62,975 bases of DNA, from positions 1-62,975 of the forward strand of contig JBILEK010000004.1 in the NCBI GenBank assembly GCA_044352155.1, given 5' to 3'. Positions 42,338-52,086 of this stretch are shown piece after piece. Made by a program: the position numbers and the translations under genes. Positions within the stretch are counted from its first letter, which is position 1. Each line of letters starts with the position of its first letter. The notes below the pieces were generated by a model. That model was not told where the DNA came from, searched no databases, and worked only from the letters and a program-made list of their open reading frames with translations. Source of the DNA: Bdellovibrionia bacterium. GTDB lineage: Bacteria; Bdellovibrionota; UBA1018; JBILEK01.

Positions 42338-42706
42338 TTGAGGATGCTAGAATTCGCTTATGGAGTCTGGATGAGCTCGGCGTTTGGGGGGCTGTACACG
42401 CTTTTGGCGCTGGTTTTTTGGAAGTCTGTAACCACCGTTCGCCCGCTTTGCACTCCTCGCTTTAGTGCCCTCGCCCTCAGTGTGCCAGGCCTGATCTATG
42501 TCGCTTTGACTTGGGGAGTTCAAGACCGCCAAGGAGTCAATTGGGGCTACGCAAACCTAGGGCTCAGTCTATTTGCGTTGATCTGCTTGATCTTGGCGAC
42601 ACGAACGGTCCGCGGATTTTGGATCGGAGTTGCGCTCGCTTGCCTAGGGTCAGTGCTTTTATGGCTCTGGATCCCGGTCCGTGCGCTTTCACGCTCGTTT
42701 TTTTAG
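42338..42706 (+). CDS. Small 4-TM membrane protein (hypothetical)
   Basis: Four hydrophobic segments in 122 aa. An alternative ATG exists at 42344. Confidence 0.45.
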   Translation: MRMLEFAYGVWMSSAFGGLYTLLALVFWKSVTTVRPLCTPRFSALALSVPGLIYVALTWGVQDRQGVNWGYANLGLSLFALICLILATRTVRGFWIGVALACLGSVLLWLWIPVRALSRSFF

Positions 42707-43794
42707 GGCCCTGACTCTACGCGAAGATAGAGTGACGTCAGCGGATCGCCTACGCGAAGCTCTCGAATCCGGCTCTCAAGCCCACGCACTCTCCGCATAG
42801 CTTCTCGCTCGGGCTCTTCAAGCTTAGCGTCTCCGAGATAGACGCGCACGACTTCTGCAAGAACTCGCTGCGCTTGAGCTTGCAGCGTGCGCACTCGATC
42901 TTGCGAGGAGCTCTGCGCAGGCTCAATGCGCACGTTAAAGCGTGCGCGCACTCCTGCGTGATCTGAGACTGTGCGATCTGGCGATGCGATCAGGTTGGTG
43001 CGCACATCTTCGGGCCAAAGCTGCACTTTTGCACCCGATCGGTAGTAGATATAGTCGAGGACTTTGTTTTTTCCTGGTGACCATGAAAGCGGATTATCAC
43101 CGCAATACGTGCAGTACCGAGGTGGGTATCCGCCATTTTTTTGTAGATAAGCGTCTGAGAGCTGAAACACTTCTCTCAACACGCTTGACTCAAGTGAGCC
43201 AGGCTCAGCGTTGAAATCTCCAGCCACAACGAACGGATGGGTGAGATCCGTTTCCGAGAGTAAGAACTCACCAAGCTCCAGGATCTGTGACAAGCGCACA
43301 CGCTGGGAGCTTGGATGGAGATGCAAACTGATCCACAGAATCCCTGCGCCCTCGCCCTGCTCGGGGCGAAGCACTTCTACATAGCCAAAGCCCTTCTCAA
43401 CGCTGAGGGTTTTGCGCAGCTGATCTAAAAGAGAGTCTTGATTCCAACCAAACAATCGAGACCCACTTCGAAACTCTACATCGCTGGTGGACAATGTGAT
43501 TCCCGATTTCTTATCGTCACGTCGCAACTCATCAAACTGATACGTCCGCACCCCAGGAAACAAACGACCTAACCCTTGCTCAAGCCTTTGCGAGTGACTT
43601 TCGATCCACGCCTCTTGAAAAAGATATGCATCACACGCACCTTCACGCTGTAGGAGGCGTAAGGTCTCCTCCGTGCGAGCACTCTTATAGGGCGCATAGA
43701 AGGGGCCGTAGGTATTAAACGTTTGCACACAAATGGGTTGAGCTGTGCTGGCCAATGCCCCTAGCGTTATGAGCGAGAAAAGTGAGTAAAGCAT
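42703..43794 (-). CDS. Secreted endonuclease/exonuclease/phosphatase (EEP) family hydrolase (sphingomyelinase/phosphatase-like)
   Basis: Motifs FVVAGDFNAEPGS and VSDHAGVRARF. The ATG at 43794 gives the signal peptide MLYSLFSLITLGALASTA and a TAATG junction with the upstream gene. Confidence 0.8.
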   Translation of the reverse strand: MLYSLFSLITLGALASTAQPICVQTFNTYGPFYAPYKSARTEETLRLLQREGACDAYLFQEAWIESHSQRLEQGLGRLFPGVRTYQFDELRRDDKKSGITLSTSDVEFRSGSRLFGWNQDSLLDQLRKTLSVEKGFGYVEVLRPEQGEGAGILWISLHLHPSSQRVRLSQILELGEFLLSETDLTHPFVVAGDFNAEPGSLESSVLREVFQLSDAYLQKNGGYPPRYCTYCGDNPLSWSPGKNKVLDYIYYRSGAKVQLWPEDVRTNLIASPDRTVSDHAGVRARFNVRIEPAQSSSQDRVRTLQAQAQRVLAEVVRVYLGDAKLEEPEREAMRRVRGLESRIRELRVGDPLTSLYLRVESGP

Positions 43795-45407
43795 TAGCGT
43801 GACTTTAGCCTTTCCCAATCACTGATGTAGATTGTTTTTGGACGGAAGTTCCAAGTAAACACCGTCGGACCCGGTCCGTACTCATCGCCGCTGGACCGCC
43901 ACTTATCCTGGAGACGTTGGATGTCTAAAACTCTCAGATCTTCCAGGCGCTCATGGAGCATCGGCCAAGACATCGGGCGAGCGTATTTTTTTTCATACTC
44001 GCGCTCTTGCTGAACAAGCCAATCGGTCATGCTATTGGCCACTGAGTCGAGTGTAACGATGGACTCAAGCGCTTGGGGAGATATATTATCAGGGAGCTGT
44101 TCAGAGAACCAGCCCAGGTTTCTGCGCAGCGGGAGCAAGAGATCCCGCGCCACTCCCGCACGGATACTCGGAATCACTTCGAAGTTAAAACGATCCATCC
44201 ATTCAAAGATTTTATTAAAAACCGCATCCATTAAAATAGTCCTACGGATCTCCCAGGGCCTTCGCCACTCAGCGATCATCTGGAATCGCGGCTCCACTTC
44301 CATGTCGCCAGGTGCAAAGGTTCGATGAGTTTTCACTCCGATGTCTTCTAAGAATTTCGGATTTTTCATGATGAAATGAGAGCGATACAGCGGGATTGAA
44401 ATCTCACCGTCGGTCTCCTCTCGAAATCCCTTGTGCACCACTTGGGAGCAAAACAATTGATCCTCACGACTCATATCGACTGCAAAGTTGTAGCGCGGGT
44501 TTTCACCTTTATTGCGTTTGCGGTACTGCAAAACATACTCGTGCATCCTGCGAGCAGCCTGATGAGCCACTTCGGGATCTCCACGATAGCGATAGAGCAC
44601 CATTCGTCCGTAACCCTCAGCATCGATTAAGTCTTGAATCGGAAAGATCGAAGTCCCCACTTCAATATGCGCTTCGATCGTGACAAACTCACGTCGAGAG
44701 CGATCGGGCTGGTAGACGAAAATCAAATGAGAAAAATTTCCATCCTCAAGCGCCATCCGCGCGATCGACGCACTCACGCTGCGAGTACCGCGACTTAAAA
44801 TCACATCTCCGGACTGAAGATTATTGATCAGGTTTGTGCGGTCATACTGGCGCTCAAAGCGTGGGTTCACGCCGGTTTCCCAAAAGAGCCCGCCAAGCTT
44901 GATGCCCTTTCTCGCTTGGCGCGTCCCTTTGGTCGAGGGTTCAAGCATCCACCGCTGAGTCAGGTGGGTGAGCGTGTCTTCAATCACTCGAATCGCATTG
45001 TACACCCGCCGCGCGGCAGTAGCGCACTCGAGAGTGAACGGGTTTGCACTCTGATTAATCAAATAGGACTGATCGAGTTTTTCCCGAAGCTCCACTCGCG
45101 CCTGAAAAAGACGATCCACGCTTGAGGTCGCGAAAATGCGAAACTCTTTGAGATCTCGTGGCGCGATCTCAAAGCCCTCAAGCTCGTCGGCGAGACGATT
45201 GAGCTTTGATGCACATTGATCGACGCTAAAGTTCTCTTTAAAGTACCGCAGGAGCTCACTTGAGCTTGAGTAAAGCGCGTCACTCGTTGTGGAATCGAGT
45301 TTTCCGGCAAAAGCGCCCTCCGCAGAAACGCGCACCGACTGAGCGTGACTGACACTTTGACTTAATGAGACAAAAACAAACAAACTCCCTAAAGCCAACT
45401 TCGTCAT
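43794..45407 (-). CDS. Secreted protein with YiiX/C92-like permuted papain (NlpC/P60 clan) core, tentative
   Basis: Signal peptide MTKLALGSLFVFVSLSQSVSHA. The order GDVILSRG...SIARMALEDGNFSHLIFVY ... LFCSQVVHKGF (His before Cys) resembles YiiX/YaeF-type amidases. Confidence 0.45.
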   Translation of the reverse strand: MTKLALGSLFVFVSLSQSVSHAQSVRVSAEGAFAGKLDSTTSDALYSSSSELLRYFKENFSVDQCASKLNRLADELEGFEIAPRDLKEFRIFATSSVDRLFQARVELREKLDQSYLINQSANPFTLECATAARRVYNAIRVIEDTLTHLTQRWMLEPSTKGTRQARKGIKLGGLFWETGVNPRFERQYDRTNLINNLQSGDVILSRGTRSVSASIARMALEDGNFSHLIFVYQPDRSRREFVTIEAHIEVGTSIFPIQDLIDAEGYGRMVLYRYRGDPEVAHQAARRMHEYVLQYRKRNKGENPRYNFAVDMSREDQLFCSQVVHKGFREETDGEISIPLYRSHFIMKNPKFLEDIGVKTHRTFAPGDMEVEPRFQMIAEWRRPWEIRRTILMDAVFNKIFEWMDRFNFEVIPSIRAGVARDLLLPLRRNLGWFSEQLPDNISPQALESIVTLDSVANSMTDWLVQQEREYEKKYARPMSWPMLHERLEDLRVLDIQRLQDKWRSSGDEYGPGPTVFTWNFRPKTIYISDWERLKSR

Positions 45408-45563
45408 CCGCGCCTGAAACACACTGCGTACCTCGCTCAGGCCAGAGTGTAACGAATAGTGACACAGTGAGTCAATTTAAGATTTCTGGCTTTTTGGCTC
45501 GAAATAACTGCGGTTTATTTGATTTAAGACTCATGCACTGTCTAAGAACTCGACAGCTGTAAA

Positions 45564-45602
45564 CGTGCGGGTCGAGTTTGTGTTTCAGACTCGACCCGCA
45601 CG
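45564..45602. other. Perfect 14-bp hairpin in 300-nt gap downstream of lspA
   Basis: CGTGCGGGTCGAGT (45564-45577), an 11-nt loop, then ACTCGACCCGCACG (45589-45602). There is no flanking T-run. Confidence 0.6.
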
Positions 45603-45724
45603 AAGAACGGAAAGCCTTTAGGCAATCAAAGTAGAAATCTCCGCTGCAGCATCCCGTTGTACGAGCTGTGGCGCCAAACTCTCCGTCCATTACTCTTGCG
45701 AGGGCGCTCTGAGTACGTTCGTCC

Positions 45725-46222
45725 TCAGCGCTTGTCAACGACTTCGGGTTTATTGAGAATCAAAAAAATCCCGATTCCAAAAAGAATCGCCATGTCTGCG
45801 ATATTGAAAATTCCAGTCCGCAAATTCCCGATCCCAACGTTGAGAAAATCTACGACGCGCCCCTCAGTGCGAAACACTCGATCCAACCAATTACTAAAGC
45901 CACCCGACACTGCCGCAGCAAGACAAACAACTTGCACTCGCGTTAAACCCGCAGTTCGAAAAAGATAAAAGACGCTAAAAGCCAAAATCCCTGCAACCAT
46001 GACTGTGAGTAACCAAAAGCGCGTGCTCTCGGATAGATTTGCGCCAAGACTCAGAAACGCGCCCGCATTCTCCGCGTACTGGAGCCTGAAAAAATCTCCG
46101 AAATACGATCGCGCTGGATAAGGCTTTACTGCAGAAATGGCCCACTGCTTCGTCAACTGATCTGCAACCAGTTGTGCGAGGAACGTCGAGCAAATAAGTG
46201 TAATCCGCTGTCTTTGCGTCAT
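45725..46222 (-). CDS. lspA: Lipoprotein signal peptidase (signal peptidase II)
   Basis: Motifs DQLTK, NAGAF, GGFSNWLDR, VVDF and FNIADMAI. Confidence 0.9.
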   Translation of the reverse strand: MTQRQRITLICSTFLAQLVADQLTKQWAISAVKPYPARSYFGDFFRLQYAENAGAFLSLGANLSESTRFWLLTVMVAGILAFSVFYLFRTAGLTRVQVVCLAAAVSGGFSNWLDRVFRTEGRVVDFLNVGIGNLRTGIFNIADMAILFGIGIFLILNKPEVVDKR

Positions 46223-46256
46223 GGTAGCCCCTAAGTTACACTCGGAGCCTTCAGCT

Positions 46257-48374
46257 ATGAAAACAAATTCGCTTCTCCTTTGCGGAATCCTCCTTGGCGC
46301 GTGCAGCTCTCTTCCGGAAGCCTCCTACTCCCCTCAAAGTGTCACTGAGTTTATCCATGGGATTCCAGTCACCGATCCGCACCGCTGGCTTGAGGATGCA
46401 AAAAATCCAACCGTCCAACAATGGATGAAGCGAGAGGATCTCACTGCTCGCTCGATACTCGGTCAACTCCCCGAACGCGAGGCCCTGGTAAAGCGTTTTC
46501 GGGAGCTTTTCTACGTCGACTCAGTGAGCACTCCCCTCCAGCGTGGAGAGCGTCTTTTTTATTTAAAGCGAGCCTCAAATCAGGAGCAATCAGCACTGTA
46601 TGTCCGTGATGGACTCTCCGGAGCAGAGCGCGTGCTCATCGATCCGAACACCTGGGACCCTGCGCTTAAGCTCTCGCTCGGCCGCTTTACGCCCTCTTGG
46701 AGCGGAAAACTTCTCGCCTACCATATCAAGCAAAACAACGCCGATGAGAGCGAGATGCGCATCCTTGAAGTGGATACGGCTCAAGAGCTCAAAATCGATC
46801 GCATCTCAGGGGCGAAGTATGCCCGAGCAAATTTCACACCTGATGATCATGGATTTTACTACACATTCTTGCCCGAAAGCTCAGACGCAGCGACTCGGCC
46901 GGGGCGAGCCGAAATCCGCTACCACCGTATCGGCACAGAGCAGTCGCGCGATCCGGTGATCTACTCTGCAACGGGGGATCCAAAAAAGTTTCTAACTCCC
47001 TCCCTTTCACGCGATGGACGCTGGCTTCAGATCTCTATTTCAAGTGGTTGGGCAAAAAATGAGATCTTCATTAAGGACCTCTCCAAGCCGGAGAGTGCGT
47101 TTACTCCGTTTTTTGTGGGCAAAGACGCTCAGATGTCGATTGTCGCTTGGAAAGAGCACTTCTACCTCCTGACCAACGATGGTGCTTCGCGCTTTAAGCT
47201 CCTTCGCGCTCCGGCGGGATCGGCTGATCCGTCCACGTGGACGACTCTCATACCTGAGAGCAAAACCGCAGTTCTTGAAGACTTCGCAATCGCGGGCGAT
47301 CAGCTCCTCCTGGTTTGGATGGAAAACGTTCATCACAAACTGGAACGTCGTACGCTGACGGGAGAGAGTCCCAGGAGCCTTAAACTTTCTGGCCTAGGGA
47401 GTATCAGCGGGCTGAGTGCAGAGCCAGATCAGAGTCGGTTTTTTTACGCTTTTGAGTCGTTCACAACTCCCAGCGAGATCCACACCTCGGATATCCGTAC
47501 ACTCCATTCTGAGATCTGGCATCGATTGAAAGCTCCAATCGATCCGACACCCTACACTGTTGAGCAAAAGTTTTTCCGCTCACGCGATGGTACGCGAGTC
47601 CCCATGTTCATCGTGCGCGCGAAAACGTTTATCAAAAACGGAAAAACTCCATTCCAGCTCTACGGATATGGTGGTTTTTCAGTCAGTGAGACGCCTTCGT
47701 TCCGGGCGGGTTATTTTCCAACGCTTGAGGCGGGCGGCGCTTATGCGATCGTGAATCTACGTGGAGGCGGAGAGTTCGGCGAACAGTGGCATCGCGGAGG
47801 GATGCTTTTAAATAAGCAAAACACTTTTGATGATTTTATTGCAGCAGCTGAAACCCTGATTCGCGAAAAATACACAAGCTCAGATCGACTGGCGATCCGA
47901 GGAGGATCCAACGGAGGGTTACTCGTGGGCGCAGCAATCACTCAGCGCCCCGATCTCTTTCGGGCCGCAGTCTGCTCGGTGCCTCTTTTGGACATGATTC
48001 GCTATCCACTTTTCGGAAGTGGAAAAACCTGGATCCCCGAGTACGGCGACCCTGAGGACCCGGATCACTTCCGCGCACTCTACTCCTACTCGCCTTATCA
48101 CCGTGTTCGCTCAGGCACGCACTATCCGGCAGTCCTCATGGACTCAGCTGACTCCGATGATCGAGTCGATCCCATGCACGCGCGAAAAATGATCGCAGCC
48201 CTTCGCGACGCCAACCGCTCTGAGCACCCCATTCTGCTTCGCCTTGAGGCCAACGCAGGCCATGGTGGTGCAGGCCGAGTCAATCAGGCCGTCGAGCGCG
48301 CAGCTGAGATCTCAGCTTTTGTGTTTCACGAGCTCGGCCTCAAGGCTGCTCGGAACCCAAAAAAACATCAATAA
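46257..48374 (+). CDS. Prolyl oligopeptidase (S9A) family serine peptidase, lipoprotein-type signal
   Basis: The ATG at 46257 gives MKTNSLLLCGILLGAC (lipobox). There is a beta-propeller N-domain, the catalytic GGSNGGLL, and C-terminal D...GHG. Confidence 0.9.
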   Translation: MKTNSLLLCGILLGACSSLPEASYSPQSVTEFIHGIPVTDPHRWLEDAKNPTVQQWMKREDLTARSILGQLPEREALVKRFRELFYVDSVSTPLQRGERLFYLKRASNQEQSALYVRDGLSGAERVLIDPNTWDPALKLSLGRFTPSWSGKLLAYHIKQNNADESEMRILEVDTAQELKIDRISGAKYARANFTPDDHGFYYTFLPESSDAATRPGRAEIRYHRIGTEQSRDPVIYSATGDPKKFLTPSLSRDGRWLQISISSGWAKNEIFIKDLSKPESAFTPFFVGKDAQMSIVAWKEHFYLLTNDGASRFKLLRAPAGSADPSTWTTLIPESKTAVLEDFAIAGDQLLLVWMENVHHKLERRTLTGESPRSLKLSGLGSISGLSAEPDQSRFFYAFESFTTPSEIHTSDIRTLHSEIWHRLKAPIDPTPYTVEQKFFRSRDGTRVPMFIVRAKTFIKNGKTPFQLYGYGGFSVSETPSFRAGYFPTLEAGGAYAIVNLRGGGEFGEQWHRGGMLLNKQNTFDDFIAAAETLIREKYTSSDRLAIRGGSNGGLLVGAAITQRPDLFRAAVCSVPLLDMIRYPLFGSGKTWIPEYGDPEDPDHFRALYSYSPYHRVRSGTHYPAVLMDSADSDDRVDPMHARKMIAALRDANRSEHPILLRLEANAGHGGAGRVNQAVERAAEISAFVFHELGLKAARNPKKHQ

Positions 48375-48455
48375 ACTCAGATAATTAAACCCCCTCAAAG
48401 GCGCCATCCGAGCGAGATTGACCCCCCTAAGGGGTTTGGATAAGGCACTACCCAA

Positions 48456-50951
48456 ATGCAGCCACTTCGTACTCGCATCGGGATTGGGCTTGGATCGTTT
48501 TTCGTCGCTTTAACGTCTCTTGCTTCGCTCGCCGAAGTGCCGCGCTGGAGCTGGCAAGAAGGTGCGCTCCAACTAAAAGTCGAAGTCCTCACAGACTCTC
48601 TGCTGCACGTCGAATACTCCCAAGGCCCCTACCGCACCTCGGAGCGATCGCCGATCTGGACCTCTCCGATGGTCTCTCGCACGGAGTATCCGGGTGGCAG
48701 AGCGGTCGCTCTGGAGCCGCGAAGAGTGGAAACGCCTGAGCTCCGGATTGAGATCCTCTCTGGACTTTGCGCGCGCGTCACGGAGCTGAAAACTCATTCG
48801 GTCCTGACGACTTTATGTCCCGATCAATTTGAAAACGACTGGAAAGCGCTCACTCTCACGAGCGAGCGCACGCAAAATATCTATGGATTGGGACAGAAGT
48901 TTCGATCCCTCGGAGAGTCCAACGGAGATTGGCTCGGATCTCGTCGCTCGCCAGGCGGAGCGCAGGGCAATGCCATGGTCGCTTTTGGCGGCGGCGGGGT
49001 TGGGGATACGCAGTTTCCGATCCTGTATGCGCTTGGACCCGCTCAGGGGCCGCACTATGCACTGTTTTTTGATCACCTTTACAAACAGGACTGGGACTTT
49101 ACGCGCGATCTCTGGCGGATGGAAACGTGGGGGGACCAAGTCCGCTTCTACGTGATCGGAGGCGAGTCTCCTAAAGCGTTGCGTCGCTCGGTGATGGATT
49201 TGCTCGGTCGCGCACCGGTTCCGCCTCGGAAAATGTTCGGTCTCTGGGTCTCTGAGTATAGCTACGACTCCTGGGACGAGTTAGACCAAGTCAAAACCAC
49301 GCTACAAAAAAACGGATTCCCACTCGATGGTTTCGTGATGGACTTAGCGTGGTTTGGAGGAGTTGTTGCGGGATCTGACTTCTCTCCGATGGGGACTCTG
49401 CGCTGGGATGAGCGTGCGTTTCCAAATCCACACAGTAAGATTGCACGCCTCCGCTCTGAGGACGGACTGGGGCTTATGCTGATTGAGGAGTCCTACATCT
49501 CGCGCGGGCTCTCTGAGCATCGACTGATGGAGAGCAAAGGCTATCTCGCTCGCGATTGCGCAACCTGCGGAGCCACTTACATCACCGAAAATCCGTGGTG
49601 GGGTACAGGCGGTCTCATCGACTGGTCAAATCCCGAGGCTCGTGACTTTTGGCATGACTGGAAGCGACAGCCCCTTGTGGATATGGGCGTACTCGGTCAT
49701 TGGACGGACCTCGGTGAGCCTGAAATGTTTAATGCCTGGGCGGTGTACCGCGGGTTTCCCGAGATCGGAGACAAGAATCGCCAAGCCGACGTCCACAATG
49801 TCTACAATCTGCTGTGGAATAAAAGCATTTTTGACGGATACATACGCAACGGCGTCAATCAACGTCCGTTCATCATGTCGCGCTCCGGGACTGCGGGGAT
49901 CCAGCGTTTTGGTGCTGCGATGTGGTCAGCCGACATCGGCTCTAACCTCCGAAGTCTCGCAACTCACTACAATGCGCGCATGCACATGGCGTGGTCGGGC
50001 GTCGACTACTATGGGTCTGACATCGGCGGCTTTCATCGCGCAGCTCTTGAGGGAGATCTTGATGAAATGTATACGCAGTGGTTTGCAAACTCTTCTCTAT
50101 TTGATGTTCCGGTCCGCCCCCATACCGAAAATCTCTCGAACACCAAACACACCGCACCTGATCGCATTGGCTCGATGCAATCTAATTTAGAGAATATTCG
50201 TCTTCGCTATCGATTGATCCCGACCTACTACTCGCTTGCGCACGGAGCCTCGGAGACGGGAGATGCGTTGATGCCACCTTTGGCACTCGTGTTTCCGAAC
50301 GATCCGGCCGCACGCGGGATTGGACATCAAGCGATGATCGGCGAGTACCTGATGGGCGGGATCGTTGCTCGGCACGGTGAGACAGAACGAAGAATGTATT
50401 TGCCCGAAGGCGAGTGGTTTGACTTTCGCACCGGTGAGCGCTTTGAAAGTCGTGGAGAGTGGTCTCGAAACTTAAAAGTCTGGGACGGTGAGGTTTTAAG
50501 TCCCCCTCTACTCGCGCGTGCGGGAGGAATTTTTGCGCTCGCACCGCTTCACCCTCAAAATCAAAAAAACAACAGCGCGGCAGATGCCACGGATCTCAGG
50601 ATCTATCCCTCACGCGAGGGATCTGAGTTCACGCTCGTCGAAGACGATGGCGAGACGATTGCCTATCAAAAAGGTGCGCTCAGACGGACGCGGATCACTC
50701 AGCGCATGGGTTTTGGTTTTGTGCGCGTAGAAGTGGGCGCAGCTCAGGGGAGCTTTCCGGGCGCTGTAGAGCACAGAGCATGGCGTTTCGAGGTCCGGCT
50801 ACCTGAAGGAACTCAATCCGTGCAAGCCACCTGGGGAGGACGGTCGATTCCAGTGGAGCTCGGGCGGGACGGATTTGCGCGAGTGAGCACTCCGCTCGGA
50901 GATGTGCGAGGCACTCAGGTGCTCCTCGTTCAAACTGGCCGCATCAAATGA
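48456..50951 (+). CDS. Glycoside hydrolase family 31 alpha-glucosidase-like enzyme, secreted
   Basis: Signal peptide ...LTSLASLAEV. GH31-type blocks are GHWTDLGEPE, RSGTAGIQRFGAAMWSADI and YGSDIGGF. Confidence 0.8.
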   Translation: MQPLRTRIGIGLGSFFVALTSLASLAEVPRWSWQEGALQLKVEVLTDSLLHVEYSQGPYRTSERSPIWTSPMVSRTEYPGGRAVALEPRRVETPELRIEILSGLCARVTELKTHSVLTTLCPDQFENDWKALTLTSERTQNIYGLGQKFRSLGESNGDWLGSRRSPGGAQGNAMVAFGGGGVGDTQFPILYALGPAQGPHYALFFDHLYKQDWDFTRDLWRMETWGDQVRFYVIGGESPKALRRSVMDLLGRAPVPPRKMFGLWVSEYSYDSWDELDQVKTTLQKNGFPLDGFVMDLAWFGGVVAGSDFSPMGTLRWDERAFPNPHSKIARLRSEDGLGLMLIEESYISRGLSEHRLMESKGYLARDCATCGATYITENPWWGTGGLIDWSNPEARDFWHDWKRQPLVDMGVLGHWTDLGEPEMFNAWAVYRGFPEIGDKNRQADVHNVYNLLWNKSIFDGYIRNGVNQRPFIMSRSGTAGIQRFGAAMWSADIGSNLRSLATHYNARMHMAWSGVDYYGSDIGGFHRAALEGDLDEMYTQWFANSSLFDVPVRPHTENLSNTKHTAPDRIGSMQSNLENIRLRYRLIPTYYSLAHGASETGDALMPPLALVFPNDPAARGIGHQAMIGEYLMGGIVARHGETERRMYLPEGEWFDFRTGERFESRGEWSRNLKVWDGEVLSPPLLARAGGIFALAPLHPQNQKNNSAADATDLRIYPSREGSEFTLVEDDGETIAYQKGALRRTRITQRMGFGFVRVEVGAAQGSFPGAVEHRAWRFEVRLPEGTQSVQATWGGRSIPVELGRDGFARVSTPLGDVRGTQVLLVQTGRIK

Positions 50952-50959
50952 GTACTACC

Positions 50960-51910
50960 TTACTCGGCCCGCACTCGCGCTCTCACTGCCGCAGTCCCTG
51001 CAAGTCCCACAAGCCCTAATCCGACGCCTGCAACGATCAGCATATTCTCCCGAGCGATCCGCATGAGTTTTTGAAGCAAGCTCTCCTCGCCGCTGGCCAC
51101 TTCGGCAGGAGGCGAGATCGTCACCGGATTTGAGGCAGGTTGAGTGAGCGAAGCGGTGGGTCGATTCATGGGCTTTTCTGGCGGTGTGGGCGTAGACTCA
51201 AGTGGGTCGACCTTGCCTAAGCTCCCTAAAGCTCCAGTCACCTGCGATGAATCTCCCGTCGACGGCATCACGCGGAGCGCTGTTCCTGGGATAACCCAGT
51301 CCGGGCGCGAGATCGAGGGATTGAGTGCTGCGATTTCTTTCCAGAGTTGTGGCTCTTGGTAAAACTTTTCTGCCATCTTCGAGAGAGTGTCGCCCGCATT
51401 CACACTCACGTTCTCCAGTGGTAGCCCTAAGTCATCTGCAATATGGCGCATCCGCTCTTGATCTGTCGGACGCTGAGGAGAGTTGTAGTAAACGATGTTA
51501 CCAGGCTTAAGCTTGACTCCTGGGTTCCACGCTTTCAGCGTCTCAGCCTGCCCAGGAGATCCATACGCCCGCGTTGAAAGTGTCTGCCACTGATCATCCT
51601 TTGAACGTACGAACTGGTACGCGTTCATCCAAACTCCACCCGAATCAAACGGAGCAGAAGCCACTTTCGGCATCGGAGTGGAACCACTCCACTTTGCAGA
51701 AGCGCTCGTGGATCCGGCAGTGGGACTTGATAAACTCGCATCCGAGCCTGGCAGAGGATCTGTGCTCGCAAGAGGATCTGCTGCTTGATCAGAGCTACTG
51801 GCGGCGACCTCGTCGTCGGTGGTTTGTTCAGTTTTGGCCTTGGACCCACAGCCCGCCATCGTAGCGATCAACAAAAGCGAGGTACCCAAAGTCCACAATC
51901 GGTGCTCCAT
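50960..51910 (-). CDS. LysM-domain protein with lipoprotein signal and C-terminal TM anchor
   Basis: Lipobox TMAGC. Two LysM-like segments are present (WQTLSTRAYGSPGQAETLKAWNP... and GDTLSKMAEKFYQEPQLWKEIAALNP...). The C-terminal hydrophobic helix is LIVAGVGLGLVGLAGTAAV. Confidence 0.7.
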   Translation of the reverse strand: MEHRLWTLGTSLLLIATMAGCGSKAKTEQTTDDEVAASSSDQAADPLASTDPLPGSDASLSSPTAGSTSASAKWSGSTPMPKVASAPFDSGGVWMNAYQFVRSKDDQWQTLSTRAYGSPGQAETLKAWNPGVKLKPGNIVYYNSPQRPTDQERMRHIADDLGLPLENVSVNAGDTLSKMAEKFYQEPQLWKEIAALNPSISRPDWVIPGTALRVMPSTGDSSQVTGALGSLGKVDPLESTPTPPEKPMNRPTASLTQPASNPVTISPPAEVASGEESLLQKLMRIARENMLIVAGVGLGLVGLAGTAAVRARVRAE

Positions 51911-52086
51911 CGGCGCGCTCCTCTTTCACTCTCTCAATTCAAGAGTAGCGCTGTACCCGATCTGAACAAGCCGGCAAAAACTACCGAATCGCTCGAGGAT
52001 TGACTTAACGAACACAAACTGGCTTCATCAATTGAGTAAAAACCAGAAGCGTTTGTGGCGCGTTAAAAACCCAGGCCGTTTAAAAA

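Noticed and set aside
48418-48437. Short hairpin ACCCC-CTAA-GGGGT plus TTT after the prolyl oligopeptidase gene
   Set aside because: It has only a 5-bp stem and a 3-T tail, which is too weak to call a terminator.
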